Source: Octopus vulgaris
Taxonomy: Eukaryota
Direction of reading: 5' to 3'
Length of the DNA stretch: 64,000 bases
Assembly (NCBI GenBank): GCA_951406725.2
Contig: OX597835.1
Location: 24,552,001-24,616,000 of the forward strand
Part shown: piece by piece, positions 1 to 13,234 of the stretch
Position numbering within the stretch: the stretch's first letter is position 1
Layout: every line of letters begins with the position of its first letter
The notes under the pieces: model-generated
Database searches by the model: none
What the model was told of the DNA's origin: nothing
Seen by the model: only the letters and a program-made list of their open reading frames with translations
Position numbers and translations under genes: made by a program

Positions 1-244
1 GAGCAAGACACTTTATTTCATGTTGCTCCAGTTCACTCAGCTGTAGAAATGAGTTGCGACGTCACTGGTGCCAAGCTGTATCGACCTTTGTCTTTCCCTT
101 GGATAACATCTATGTGTGGAGAGGGAGGCTGGTAAGCATGGGCGACTGCTGGTCTTCCATAAACAACCTCGCCCGGACTTGTGTCTAGGAGGGTAACTTT
201 CTAGGTGCAATCCCATGGTCTGTGTCGTGACCGAAGGGGGTCTC
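1..244 (+). mobile_element. SINE family C (CORE-like), truncated by window edge
   Basis: Matches the full copy at 59749-60083; core gagcaagacactttatttc...cactcagctgtagaaatgag resembles the CORE domain. Confidence 0.85.
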
Positions 245-265
245 CGATATATATATATATAGCAA

Positions 266-316
266 GTCTCAGACCTTACAGTGTTTATATTAAATTGGTA
301 ACGTCATCAGTGAGAC
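266..316 (-). ncRNA. Degenerate type I hammerhead ribozyme motif
   Basis: Minus strand gtctca-CTGATGA-...-tAAAC-actgtaag-GTC-tgagac: perfect 6-bp stem I and GUC site, but GAAA mutated to TAAA. Confidence 0.55.
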
Positions 317-504
317 AAAAATATAACGGTTGTTTAGTTAAATACAATAATAGCATGAAGCTTAACTGCGAATTTCTTTTGTGTTCTTCCAGGTTTGCAA
401 AAAAAAATTTTTTTTTTTTCTCCAGTTGATAAACTTTGTCTGAAATATTTGAATATTTGTTCATCCAATCGTTTGTCACCTCACTGATGATATTGGTTTT
501 ACAA

Positions 505-702
505 TTCGGCTCAAGGTCAACGGTTTCGGAGCTGGGGGTGGGGGTAAATCGATTACATCGACCCCAGTGTTTCACAGGTACTAATTTTATCGACCCCTCC
601 CCCCCCAGAAAGGATGAAAGGTAACGCCGACCTCGGCAGAATTTGAACTTGGAGCGTAACGACGGAAGAAATGCCACGAAGCATTCTACCAGCTCGACAC
701 CT
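505..702 (-). mobile_element. SINE family B
   Basis: Shared core tcgacccc..aaaggatgaaagg..cgacctcggc.gaatttgaact; abuts (TAA)n. Confidence 0.85.
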
Positions 703-960
<258 letters not shown>

Positions 961-1741
961 CCAGTGTATCACTGGTACTCGATCCCGAAAGGATGAAAGG
1001 TAAAATTGACCTTGGCGGAATTTGAACTCAGTATGAAGGTAGGACACCTACAAAAATCAGAATTACTTGGAATGAAAAGAGCGCCATCAGTATGACAGTT
1101 TTTGATCAGTTGGTATTTTTACAGAGTAGTGATTTTGCATAAGAAATAGTCGTAAATTTTATGAAATAGAGAGAAAGAAAGAAAGGAAGGAAGGAAGGAA
1201 AATTGAATGACTGAAATTTCAAAATAATGAGTCTTGTAAAAAAAATGGTGAAAAATAAAGCTGAAGAAAAACGAAGTACCAGCTCCGTACCAGATTTAAC
1301 AGCTGATAGTAATAAACGTGTATGTGCTGGTTTTGTTAGTGATAATAACATAGAATAGTGGCACATAGTCTGACAAAGAGAGAGAGAACGCGAAAGCAGT
1401 TAACCAAATTTTATGTGGCGTTCAGCCATCTCATCCGTCAACTTAGTTGACTGACTTCTTTTATAAACAAATGGCCCGAAACCTAAATAAATAAACTGTA
1501 AAGAAAACTGGAAAAAAACAAAACAAAACAAATTCTCAGTTGATTTGAAATTCTCATTCCTTGACTTAAAACACATTCAAACACACCATAATACTATCAC
1601 ACTAGCAAATTATTATACCAACATACTATTAACTAACATAAATTTATACTAATATGTTATTACATTAAAATATTATTACCCTAAAACACTGCGCGGCATC
1701 ATGAGCAAATTTCTTCAACTAATTCCCTTGATTAATCAATG

Positions 1742-1806
1742 TCATGCGAGTGAATTTGGTACATTGAAACTGTGCGGAAACCCATCATATGTGTGTGTGT
1801 GTGTGC

Positions 1807-1865
<59 letters not shown>

Positions 1866-2075
1866 TGTTTGTCATCCCTGCCTCCGCTTGACAACCGGCG
1901 TTGGTTTGTTGACGTCACTGTAACTTAGCACTTTGGTAAAAAAAATAAAAAAAGGCACCAACTGAAAAAGTACCAGACTTTAAATAAAAAAAAAAAAAAC
2001 TGGGCTGCATTTGTTCGACTAAGCACTTCACTGCGATGCCCCAGCATGGCCGCAGCTTAATGACCGAAAAAAGGA
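1742..2075 (+). mobile_element. SINE family A, diverged 3' part with internal (GT)n
   Basis: cttgacaaccgg..gtaacttagc..ccagcatggccgcag as in intact copies. Confidence 0.75.
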
Positions 2076-2459
2076 AATATTTTTAAAATGCCGAAGATAC
2101 ACGACTTGATAACGAACCCGGAATATCATGATTGCAAAGAAAACGTCTTAACTATTTGGTCATTCTTTAGACTGACACATGAGTAGACAAACACATAATA
2201 CGTATGATTAAATTCCTTTAAAATTTCTTCCTATCTTTCTGTTCTTCCTCCGAATTCTCTCCTCCAATCTGTTAAGAGCCAAACATCGGCCATATCTGTG
2301 ATCGCGGAGGAGATACCTTTAAAAATAGCTGGGTTTCACCGCACCATTCTCCTACGCCACCCCCTTTTCTTCCAGCGATGGTTTAAAGGTAACGTTCTTG
2401 CCACGAGCCGTAAAGAATTCAGTAAAGAACTAGATTAAGCCATTAGCGAGTTTATCTAG

Positions 2460-2493
<34 letters not shown>

Positions 2494-2887
2494 CACACAT
2501 ATACACGTACATATACGTGTATATAAACACGTATACGTGTATATAAACACATAGAGACACACAGATGCACACACACGTGTGTGTATATGTATTTATATAT
2601 CTGTATGCATATGTATATAGAATTTCTCCACGTGCGTATATATATATATATGATTGTGTATGTGTATTTATTGGTATGTGTACAGTGAGTGTACGGTGAA
2701 TGTGTGCGTGTATACATACGCGTGTGTATGCGCACGTTTGTGTATGCCTGTATGTGCGCGTTTGTATGTATATGTATGTGTGTGTATGTATGTGTGTGTG
2801 CGTGCGTGCGTATACACCCTGTAATTTTATCCGTAGAATTCTTCCCTGTATTTCAAGAGAAATTCCTCTTAACAGGTCAGCAGGCTA

Positions 2888-2967
<80 letters not shown>

Positions 2968-3191
2968 TGATGATGATGATAATAATAATAATAAAGAAAG
3001 AACAAAAACGTACCTGAGTAAATTCTGCGTGTGCGCATGCGTTTCTTTGTGAGTGTATACATATAGAAATGTTTATAAATATTTATGTATTTGTATGTGT
3101 TTGTGTGTGTGTATGTATATATATACATATATATATATAATTTCAACAATTGAGGGTAAACTTTTAGTTCAGTATGCGGCAAAGTATATTT

Positions 3192-3244
<53 letters not shown>

Positions 3245-3283
3245 CATACATACATATATACATACATATATACATACATACAT

Positions 3284-3429
3284 AGGAATGGGTGTGTGGT
3301 TAATAGCTTGCTTACCAAACACATGTCTCTGGGTTCGGTCCCCCAGCGTGGCACCGTGGGCAAGTGTCTTCTACTATAACCAAAGCTTTGTGAGTGTATT
3401 TGGCAGACGGAAACTGAAAGAAGCCCGTC

Positions 3430-3432
<3 letters not shown>
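3284..3432 (+). mobile_element. SINE family A, 5' half
   Basis: Head ggaatgggtgtgtggtt..gggttcggtccc..gggcaagtgtcttctactat, ending at the internal (TA)n. Confidence 0.85.
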
Positions 3433-3489
<57 letters not shown>

Positions 3490-3944
3490 GCCAGTGCATA
3501 CGGATATCATACATACATGTGTATATAAATACACATACACATACATATATACAGATTGTAAATTGATAAATAGATGGATACACATATGCAATCTTCTATA
3601 TCTTTTCCTAGACTTGTGTTAGCCACTGGACTGCAGTGGTGTTGGTACAGCACGTCCAAGGATTCAGATGACCCACACGACGCCAGTCCACATATATTAA
3701 TACTTTTAATAATGTACTTGTATCGAAGTGGTATGTTGTAGAGTATAACAAACCCTAACACATAAATATACAAATGCAAACACACGCGCGCGCGCATATA
3801 AGCACAAACTCGGGAGATATGAGCGGTATATGACTTCCATAGGGTTACAGCCGTTTCGTAACCACCTACATATATTGTAGTATGCAAGAAATTACGCATG
3901 CATGTCTGCATTGATTTGAATGCTCGGCATTATACTCTATAAAG

Positions 3945-4143
3945 CTTGCGCGCTGGACGAAATGTTTAGCGGTATTTCGCCCATTGCTACGTTCTGAGTT
4001 CAAATTCCGCCGAGGTCGACTTTGCCTTTCATCCTTTCGGGGTCGACGAATCAAGTAAGTACCAGTGAAACACTGGGGTCGATGTAATCGTCTAGTCCCC
4101 TTCCCACAAATGTCAGGCCTTGTTCCTATAGTAGAAAGGATTA
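3945..4143 (+). mobile_element. SINE family B
   Basis: gagttcaaattccgccgaggtcgactttgcctttcatcctttcggggtcga; tail ..cctatagtagaaaggatta. Confidence 0.9.
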
Positions 4144-4176
4144 TATACTACAATTGCACATCCATAAGTTAATGCG

Positions 4177-4217
<41 letters not shown>

Positions 4218-4602
4218 AGACACACACAATCAATCAAGCCATTTTCTTTCCCCGTTTTTTTCTCTCATTGTCTATCCTTTATTTCAAGAAAAGAGTGCTT
4301 TGTCATAACGTAAGACTGTTCCTTCCTTTTTCCCCCACTTCCTGAGCGTAAGCCTAATGCATTTTAAAAATTTTACCTCATCTTCCTGTTATATTTTTTA
4401 GCACTATACATACATACGTACATACATACATACACACATACATACATACATACATACAAACATGCATACGTACATATATACATACGTAGCTATATACATA
4501 CTACATACATACTTACCTACATACATACGTACATACATACATACATACATACATACATACATACATACATACATACATACATACACACGTACATACATAT
4601 GT

Positions 4603-5800
4603 ATCCCTTGACCAAGTTTGCATATATGAGGCTGATAACATCATAAGACTTGGAAGGCAGCTCCTTGAGCAGCATTCCTCGTCTGATAACCTAGAATCCA
4701 TGCCCAAAGAAGTCACACGGCTCTACCGCAACGTATCATCAGATGAAACACAACGTATCATCAATGATATGACTGTTTCCCCTGTATCTAACGAGGAATG
4801 TTAGAGGTATCTAGGGGTGGATGAAAACATTTCTTACAATGGTACCTGTAACAAAACACGTATCACTAAAGAATATTACAGCCGAATAAAGAACATTTGC
4901 AATCAATAAAACAGTGGCCCACAATGTGTTTGCAGTGCTAGCACTCATACCAACATTTTGGCTGCTTGATTGGACGCTTGATGAGATCTGAGCCATTCAT
5001 GGGAAAACCCCAAAAAGGCTAACAAGCACACGGACCACCTCTAACTAACACGAAAACAAGGTGGCAGAGGTTTAACATCGATCCCAAATGCCTTTCAATG
5101 TCGCATCATATCCCTTCGGCAACACCAAGTGTCGAAGTGCATCCCTTGACCGAGTTTGTATACATGAGACTGATAACATCATAAGACATGGAAGGCAGCT
5201 CTTTGAGCAACATTCCTTGCCTAATAACATAGAATACATGCCAAAAGAAGTCGCACGGCTCTACCGCAACGTATCATCAGATGAAAGGTTGAGCCTCTAT
5301 GAGCAGAAGACTATGCATGGATATGTTAGTAGAAAGCTCCGTGATGGTAGTAATATCGATCATCAAAGCAGTTTATCATGGACCAATAGCCGGATATTAC
5401 TACCTCCCACTTTGAAGGGTATGCGTTTGCAATCCAGGAACAGGAAATATCAACCAAGTACCTGATGCACAAAAGGGATAGAGATGCGGGAAAAGCCGCC
5501 AAGTGTGACAACCAATGCAGACTTTGTGGATTTCACACTGAAGATATCACCCACATCATAAACAGTTGTCCGAAAATGTCATCACGGTATTATCTACCGA
5601 TGAGACATGATGTTGTAGCTAGGACATTATAATGAAATCCGTTAGAAGAATAAACCCGAGGACAAAAAAAAGTAAGAGCCTACAATATGGTAGAAGCCAT
5701 AGCCACTCATAATAAAAAGGAATACTGGTGGAATGTCCTAGTGAAGACCTCAATAAAATGTAAGCACAACAGGCCTGATATAATGATTTGGGATAGAGAA
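4603..5800 (+). mobile_element. Degenerate R4/Dong-type non-LTR retrotransposon (end of RT, zinc knuckle, restriction-like endonuclease)
   Basis: Frameshifted translation: YLGVDENISY..KQGGRGL..HFEGYAFAIQEQEI..CRLC..HI..SCP..RHDVVA..WWN..HNRPDIMIWD. 4604-4748 is a diverged duplicate of 5142-5286. (CATA)n at the 5' side. Confidence 0.9.
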
Positions 5801-5910
5801 GGATCATCGATTCTATATTCCTACTACCACTCCTCTCAAGTACCTCGATATCACTGATGGCCATTTTCCAATTTATCCCAAGAATTTTCATAAGACAATA
5901 TTGATGATAC
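5801..5910 (-). mobile_element. RTE-clade LINE fragment
   Basis: YHQYCLMKILGINWKMAISDIEVLERSGSRNIESMIL resembles the RTE post-RT motif FHxxCLRxILxIxW..EVLERA. Confidence 0.75.
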
Positions 5911-5959
5911 ATACATACATGCATACATACATACATACATACATACATACATACATACA

Positions 5960-6437
5960 TTCGCACATTACAAATACAATCTGTAAGCGGAACAGTAAAA
6001 CTACGCAAGACCTTTCTCAGGTTTGAAATGTGACATTGTGTTTGTTTTCTACATTCCAAAGACAGAGCTTTGTATCTTTCTTCAAAGAAAGAATTTATAT
6101 AATTAAAAACAGAAGACACACATACATACACACACACACAGACATATCTGGATTACACATTTACATTCATTCCAGTAATAATGGAAGCACTTGGTTTGAT
6201 AAGTAAATGCCTGTCAGTTTGGATAAGCTTGGATTTTCAGAACACGAAATCAACCAACTGATTCGTACATTACTAATAGAATCTGTAAGCGGAACAGTAA
6301 AACTATGCAAGAATTTCCTCAAGTTTAAAATGACACTGTTTTCGTTATCTACATTCCAAAGATGGAGCTTTGTATCTTTGATAGAAACAAGCTCCTTCTT
6401 CAAAGGGAAAATATAAATGGTTAAATACAGAAGATAC
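5960..6437 (+). mobile_element. Two tandem 3' ends of the (CATA)n-associated RLE LINE
   Basis: RTLQIQSVSGTVKLRKTFLRF and FIPVIMEALG..LDKLGFSEHEINQLIRTL..SVSGTVKLCKNFLKF, each followed by a short UTR ending acagaaga then (CATA)n. Confidence 0.85.
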
Positions 6438-6470
6438 ATACATACATACATACATACACACACACATACA

Positions 6471-6699
6471 TAAATATGGGCAAAAGAAAAAAATTCTCTG
6501 CCAATATGCTGAGAACTAGACTTTAAATCGTCGATCACCACATACAATATACATCGCTATGAATACACATCGTGCTGAATCGAGGAAAGCAAGCTAACAG
6601 AATTTTTTTTAAATGCGTTATCTATGATGTATGATTGACGATTTAAAGTCTATTTCTCAGCATATTGGCATAGAAAATTTTTTCTTTTGTCCTTATTTA
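6471..6699. mobile_element. MITE-like element with ~70-bp terminal inverted repeats
   Basis: caaaagaaaa..tgccaatatgctgagaa.tagactttaaatcgtc at 6481-6532 is inverted at about 6637-6689. Confidence 0.8.
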
Positions 6700-7399
6700 T
6701 AATTGTTTATAATTTTCACCTTTAAATGTATTTTAATATGCTTGGCCACTTGAAGAAATTTTAAAAAAATTTTTATCCTATATTAGAAGTACAATCAAAG
6801 CGGTCCATAGATAAAAGAAAAAAAAAAAAGAAAACAGTAGGGCTGGATCAAACCGAAGCTAGAGAATAAGACAGGTGCCTAAAATTCTTCGCAGTGGGAC
6901 AAACTCGGAGTCACGTGGCAGTGAAACGATGTTCTTAACTCCACAGCCATTCATGCGGCCATATAACTATTAAATACAGAAATGACCTTATTTTTAGGAA
7001 CTTCAAAATTTTCCAGTTATTTAACTCTACTCAGAATGAGTCGTAAGATTTTTTTAATGACCGACAAAGCATTCAAATGGCAAGGATGTGTTCACTGGAT
7101 GGTGTAATGCAGTTAATCAAATATCCTGACAAGAGTGAAGAAAAGTTACTTGTGGTAGTCTTCAAGAAATACCAAATATCAAATCACGCATTCCAGTGTT
7201 CCAGTATAGGACCAGAGCTCGAGGAATTTGGGGGCTTGCCTCAAAGTCTTACTACTCACATGTGATCCATACATAGCAGCGAAAATTGCTGCGGCACAAT
7301 GGGTAAAAACACTCAACCTAAAGAGTTTTTTCTTTTTTCGAAGTTTCAAATTCCGCCGAGGTCGACTTTGCCTTTCATCCTTTCGGGGTCGATTAAATA

Positions 7400-8586
7400 A
7401 CTCAGAACGTGAAGAAGGACGAAATACCTATTTCTTTATTACCCACAAGAGGCTAAACACAGAGGGGACAAACAAGGACAGACATAGGTATTAAGTCGAT
7501 TACATCGACTCCAGTGCGTAACTGGTACTTAATTTATCGACCCCGAAAGGATGAAAGGCAAAGTCGACCTCGGCGGAATTTGAACTCACAACGTAACAGC
7601 AGACGAAATACCTATTTCTTTATTACCCACAAGGGGCTAAACACAGAGGGGACAAACAAGGACAGACATAGGTATTAAGTCGATTACATCGACCCCAGTG
7701 CGTAACTGGTACTTTATTTATCGACCCCGAAAGGATGAAATACCGCTAGGCATTTCGCCCAGCGTGCGAACGGTTCTGCCAGCTCGCCGCCTTAATACTC
7801 AAAGCATATTATGTCTCGTCGTGTTGAGTGTGCTCGAATCCCATTCACTAGTTTCCTCCACGTTTCCCTGTCATTTCCAAAACATTTTTTTCTCAACATT
7901 TGTATCCTCCACCAACTTTTGCATAAATATTCGACCAAGTTTGCCGCTTCTTTGTTTACAGTGTACTGCTTCTCATAGTAATATATTTCTTTACTACCCA
8001 CAAGGGGCTAAACACAGAGGGGACAAACAAGGACAGACAAACTGGTTAAGTCGATTATATCGACCCCAGTGCGTAATTGGTACTTATTTAATCGACCCCG
8101 AAAAGGATGAAAGGCAAAGTCGACCTCGACGGAATTTGAACTCAGAACGTAACGGCAGACGAAATACCTATCTCTTTATTACCCACAATGGGCTAAACAC
8201 AGAGGGGACAAACAAGGACAGACATAGGTATACAGTCGATTATATCGACCCCCAGTGCGTAACTGGTACTTAATTTATCGACCCCGAAAGGATGAAAGGC
8301 AAAGTCGACCTCGGCGGAATTTGAACTCAGAACGTAACGGCAGACGAAATACCTATTTCTTTATTACCCACAAGGGGCTAAACACAGACGGGACAAACAA
8401 GGACAGACATAGGTATTCAGTCGATTACGTCGACCCCAGTGCGTAACTGGTACTTAATTTATCGACCCCGAAAGGATGACAGGCAAAGTCGACCTCGGCG
8501 GAATTTGAACTCTGAACGTAACGGCAGACGAAATACCGCTAAGCATTTCGCCCGGCGTGCTAACAATTCTGCCAGCTCGTCGCCTT
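7400..8586 (-). mobile_element. Head-to-tail SINE B multimers (~183-bp units) within a ~790-bp tandem duplication
   Basis: Recurrent junction gacgaaatac|ctatttctttatt; about 5 units; 7740-7982 repeated at 8530-8775. Confidence 0.9.
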
Positions 8587-8589
8587 AAT

Positions 8590-9020
8590 ACTCAAAGCAT
8601 ATTATGTCTTGTCGTGTTGAGTACGCTCGAATCCCATTCACTAGTTTCCTCCACGTTTCCCTGTTATTTCCAAAACATTTTTTTCTCAACATTTGTATCC
8701 TCCACCAACTTTTGCATAAATATTCGACAAGGTCTGCCGCTTCTTTGTTTACTATATACTGCTTCTCATAGTAATACTTAATCAAAATTTCATCTTTCGT
8801 TTCGACAATAATGTCTCACGAAATTAATTGTGCGTTGTTTGATGGTTTCTGTTAATAATGATATATTTCCAAATAATGTTCTGTCCATGACATCTTTGTT
8901 GGATGGTTTAATGCATTTTCAGATTATATAAAAAAAAAATCCGAAAGTATTTGAAGAAACAGATACTGGAGCAATAGATATGGAATTTCTTCTATCCAGC
9001 GTCTCTCTGTGGTTCGTGGA
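8590..9020 (-). mobile_element. RTE-clade LINE 3' fragment (its end duplicated at 7795-7982)
   Basis: LFGNISLLTETIKQR..FVRHY..VLL..GRPCRIFMQKLVEDT..DRETWRKLVNGIRA.ST, typical RTE C-terminus. Confidence 0.75.
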
Positions 9021-9044
9021 AGACTATCACAGTTTCTGTTATCT

Positions 9045-9418
9045 TTTGCTTATTTCACTCATTGGACTGCGGCCATGCTGGGGCATCGCCTTGAAAAAGT
9101 TTAGTCGAACGAATCGACCTCAGCACTTACTGTTTTTTTTTTAATGCATGTTACTTATTTTATCATCTCTTTCGCCGAACCGCTACGTTACTCAAGAGCT
9201 AGATGTCAAGCAGTATTGGGGGACAAACACAGACACAAAGACACACAAACACACACGATGGGCTTCTTTCAGTTTCTGTCAACCAAATCCACTCACAAGA
9301 ATTTGGTCGGCCTGGGTCTATAGTAAAAGACACTTGCCCAAGGTGCTACGCAGTTGGATTGAACCCGGATCCATGTGGTCGGGAAATAACCTTCTTACCA
9401 CACAACCACGCCTACGCC
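9045..9418 (-). mobile_element. SINE family A (diverged, full length)
   Basis: Collinear with 28716-29118. Confidence 0.85.
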
Positions 9419-9539
9419 TTTGTAAGGAACTTCTGTATGAATTCTTGTGGATTTTTTAAAATGAAATAAAATTATAACGTCAAACGAAAGATTCCCGAAC
9501 ATTTTACCATTTTATGTCATTGGGTTCAACATCATGTCG

Positions 9540-9579
9540 CTGATGAGTTTTACTGGACCACACGAAACCTATTGAGATC
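9540..9579 (+). ncRNA. Degenerate hammerhead-like motif
   Basis: CTGATGA-gt...ac-GAAA-cct-attg-agATC; stems I and II imperfect. Confidence 0.35.
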
Positions 9580-10921
9580 TTATTGTGTTTACTTTCTGTT
9601 ATGACGGGAGTTGTATACATCGGTTATAAGAAGAGTATTACCCAAATAAATATTTGGATATGGTTATCTAGAATAACCCTTCGCACAATTATTATGTTCA
9701 CAGAGAACGTACTCCGTACAACTCTAAACGTTGTCACGATATTAAGCTGACACAGTAACCAATACGAATGACCAACGCTGTCAACTGTTTGTGCACTCTG
9801 TCAACTCTTTTCTTTATTTGGCACTACGGCCATAACACCGAGGGGACATTAGAAGGACAGACAGAACATTATAGTGGGGACAAAAGAACATAAACCGAAT
9901 AAAAATGAAATGGCTGCATGGGCCCCACTCCTCGTGCAGTACCATTTGAATCGTTTAATACACTGTTTACAATCGTTCAATTTCATTTGTATTTTTTCCT
10001 TATCATCCTCTCTCTCTCTCGCTTTTTTTTTTTTTTTTTAATAAAAAAAATTTTCCTTTTTTTTTTTTTCCAAATAAACAATTTTACTTACTTTTTTCTT
10101 TTTTAGTATTTCATGAAGGGTTCGAGATCTATCAGTTCCACCACCGGTGGCAATTCATCAAATTCCACCACAACTCCTGGAGGATCAATATCCCCCTCCA
10201 CACATATTATTTAGCTTGTTGTATTTCTCGACCACAATGGCCTTCATATTCTCTGAATGCACGTCTGTGAGCAGCTTTACTCTTATGATAGACTTAAATT
10301 TCATGATTTTCCGTTCTGTTTCCTTGTTTTTCGCATAAGCCACAAAATGTCATCGATTTGGGGGCTTTCTTACCTGCTTTCCCTTTTCCTGCTCCACTGC
10401 TGGTACCCTTTCTCTTCCCACTCTGAATAATTCCTCCATTTCACCTTCGTGTAATGGTTCTCCTGTTTGTCAACTACTCACGGTTTCTTTATTTCATTGA
10501 AATGCGTTACCCCACTCTCAGTCACGTGGGGGTGGTCAGGATCCTTCCACAACACTTTCATATTTCATATTCACGTGCTGTGCGAATCTTCACACAGATT
10601 TGTATCGAAGTCTTGTGGTTGTATAAATAAATGATATAGACAGGCCTGTGTGTGTATGCACACGTTAACGCGTGTATGTGTTATGTGTGTGTGAATATGT
10701 ATGTATGTATGCATGCATATATGTATCACTTATCTTTTACTTGTTCTAGCCATTAGACTGTGTCCATGCTGGAGCAATGACAAATAATTTTTTTAGTCAA
10801 ATGAATCGGCATATTTTTGTAAGCCGGGTACTTATTCTATCGGTGGCTTTTGCCGAACCGCTAAGTTGCGAGGACGTAAACACACCAACACTGGTTCTCA
10901 AGCGGTGGTTTGGGGAACCCC

Positions 10922-11022
<101 letters not shown>

Positions 11023-11242
11023 AATCAATATAGGGTGGCAAAAAATTTTGTAGAATTTTTTTGCCACCAGCGGCCTAGTGGGAAAAAATTAAATAGTCAT
11101 AGACCATTTATAAGTTCAACATCACAATCAAGGAACGGCCATAATAGGCCATTCACCCACTAGAAATAACAGCCAAAGCTTCAACCGCAAAATAACATTA
11201 ATTCCGCAAACCAGGAGAAAATTAAAAAACATTTACCCTGTA

Positions 11243-11351
11243 ATTTCTTATACGATGCACCGTATTTCATCTACTGTTTAATGGCAAACTAACCTGATTA
11301 AATTAAATCAAGCCAATCTTCCATAGGCCCTTAGATTCGTCAGTAAGAAAT
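11243..11351 (-). ncRNA. Type I hammerhead ribozyme, variant with 2 extra nt after GAAA
   Basis: Reverse complement of 11790-11896 except for an extra TA at about 11263-11264. Confidence 0.7.
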
Positions 11352-11789
11352 AGCCAGATCGGAACAGATATTTTCACGAGGCATTTCTGTCCCTGCCTCG
11401 GCAATATCTGACCTAAAATTTTCAAATCATCGCACTCGCGCCAAATTTATCGGCAGCAAATAAATATAAGCCGCCGATTCCATTACGGAATCAACCAGAA
11501 AATTCATAATTAATCAATATAGGGTGGCAAAAAATTTTGTAGAATTTTTTTGCCACCAGCGGCCTAGTGGGAAAAAATTAAATAGTCATAGACCATTTAT
11601 AAGTTCAACATCACAATCAAGGAACGGCCATAATAGGCCATTCACCCACTAGAAATAACAGCCAAAGCTTCAACCGCAAAATAACATTAATTCCGCAAAC
11701 CAGGAGAAAATTAAAAAACATTTACCCTGTAAGATATTGCCGAGGCAGGGACAGAAATGCCTCGTGAAAATATCTGTTCCGATCTGGCT

Positions 11790-11896
11790 ATTTCTTACTG
11801 ACGAATCTAAGGGCCTATGGAAGATTGGCTTGATTTAATTTAATCAGGTTAGTTTGCCATTAAACAGTAGATGAAACGGTGCATCGTATAAGAAAT
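11790..11896 (+). ncRNA. Canonical type I hammerhead ribozyme with long stem II
   Basis: atttctta-CTGACGA-atcta(58 nt)tagat-GAAA-cggtgcatcg-TA-taagaaat: 8-bp stem I, 5-bp stem II base, near-palindromic stem III, GUA site. Confidence 0.88.
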
Positions 11897-12344
11897 TACA
11901 GGGTAAATGTTTTTTTAATTTTCTCCTGGTTTGCGGAATTAATGTTATTTTGCGGTTGAAGCTTTGGCTGTTATTTCTAGTGGGTGAATGGCCTATTATG
12001 GCCGTTCCTTGATTGTGATGATATATATATATATATATATGACAAGCTTTTTCAGTTTCTGTCAACCGAATACACTCACAAGGCTTTGGTCGGCCCAAGG
12101 CTAGAGTAGAAAACACTTGCCCATGGGACTGAACCTGTCACCATGTGGTTGTAAAGAAAACTTCTTACCACAGAGCTATAACGTATCCGTACGTACACAT
12201 ACCTAAATACACAATGAAAAGCTTCCTTAACTGACAGTCTCTCACGCTTTCTCTCACTCTCTCTAATTCTCTTTCTCCTCCTCCCTTCCTCCCTCCCTAT
12301 CTCTCTCTCTATCTATCTATCTATCTATCTATCTATATATATAT

Positions 12345-12710
12345 ACATACATACATACATACATACATATACATGCATACATACATACATACATACATGC
12401 ATGCATACATACATACATACATACATACATACATACATACATACACACACACATACATGCATACATACATACATACATACATACATACATACATACATGC
12501 ATGCATACATACATACATGCATGCATACATGCATGCATACATACATACATACATACATACATACACACACACATACATGCATACATACATACATACATAC
12601 ATACATACATGCATGCATACATACATACATACATACATACATACATACATACATACATACATACATACATACATACATACATACATGCATACATACATAC
12701 ATATATATAT
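12345..12710. repeat. (CATA)n compound microsatellite
   Basis: Read directly. Confidence 0.97.
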
Positions 12711-13234
12711 ACACAAATGTGTAAGGAATCCTCTTCCATTTTGTGTGCAATTACAAGAAAAATTGATTTACTTCATACTTCTTGTTGCTGTTGCTGTTGT
12801 TACTGCTGCTGCTGCTGCTACTACTACTGCTGCTGCTACTACTACTACTGCTGCTACTGCTGCTAGTTTGATTTACAGAGGTGGGAACAAATTTTAATCT
12901 TTCTCCAGATACTTTGATAGTATCTTCTAAACTACTTCCTTCAAGATTGGCATCTGTTTAGCCGTTTAGCTGTTTGTAAAACGATCTTAATGCGAAACCA
13001 TATGCAGATTTTGCGTAGTTTGTAGACCATCTAGAAATAGCAGTCATATCTCAGTCAAATCGAAATTTACTAACTTCGCAAAAAGAAAAGACACTTTAGG
13101 TAGCGTGTTGTTACCCATTGTGCCGCAGCAATTTTCGCTGCTATGTATGGATCACATGTGAATAGTAAGACTTTGAGGCAAGCCCCAAAATTCTTCGATA
13201 TTTAGAAAAAACTTGTGTTACAGATGTGGCTGTG

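Noticed and set aside
7400-8586. CRISPR-like array
   Set aside because: Units are ~183-bp SINE pieces without unique spacers; eukaryotic context, no cas genes
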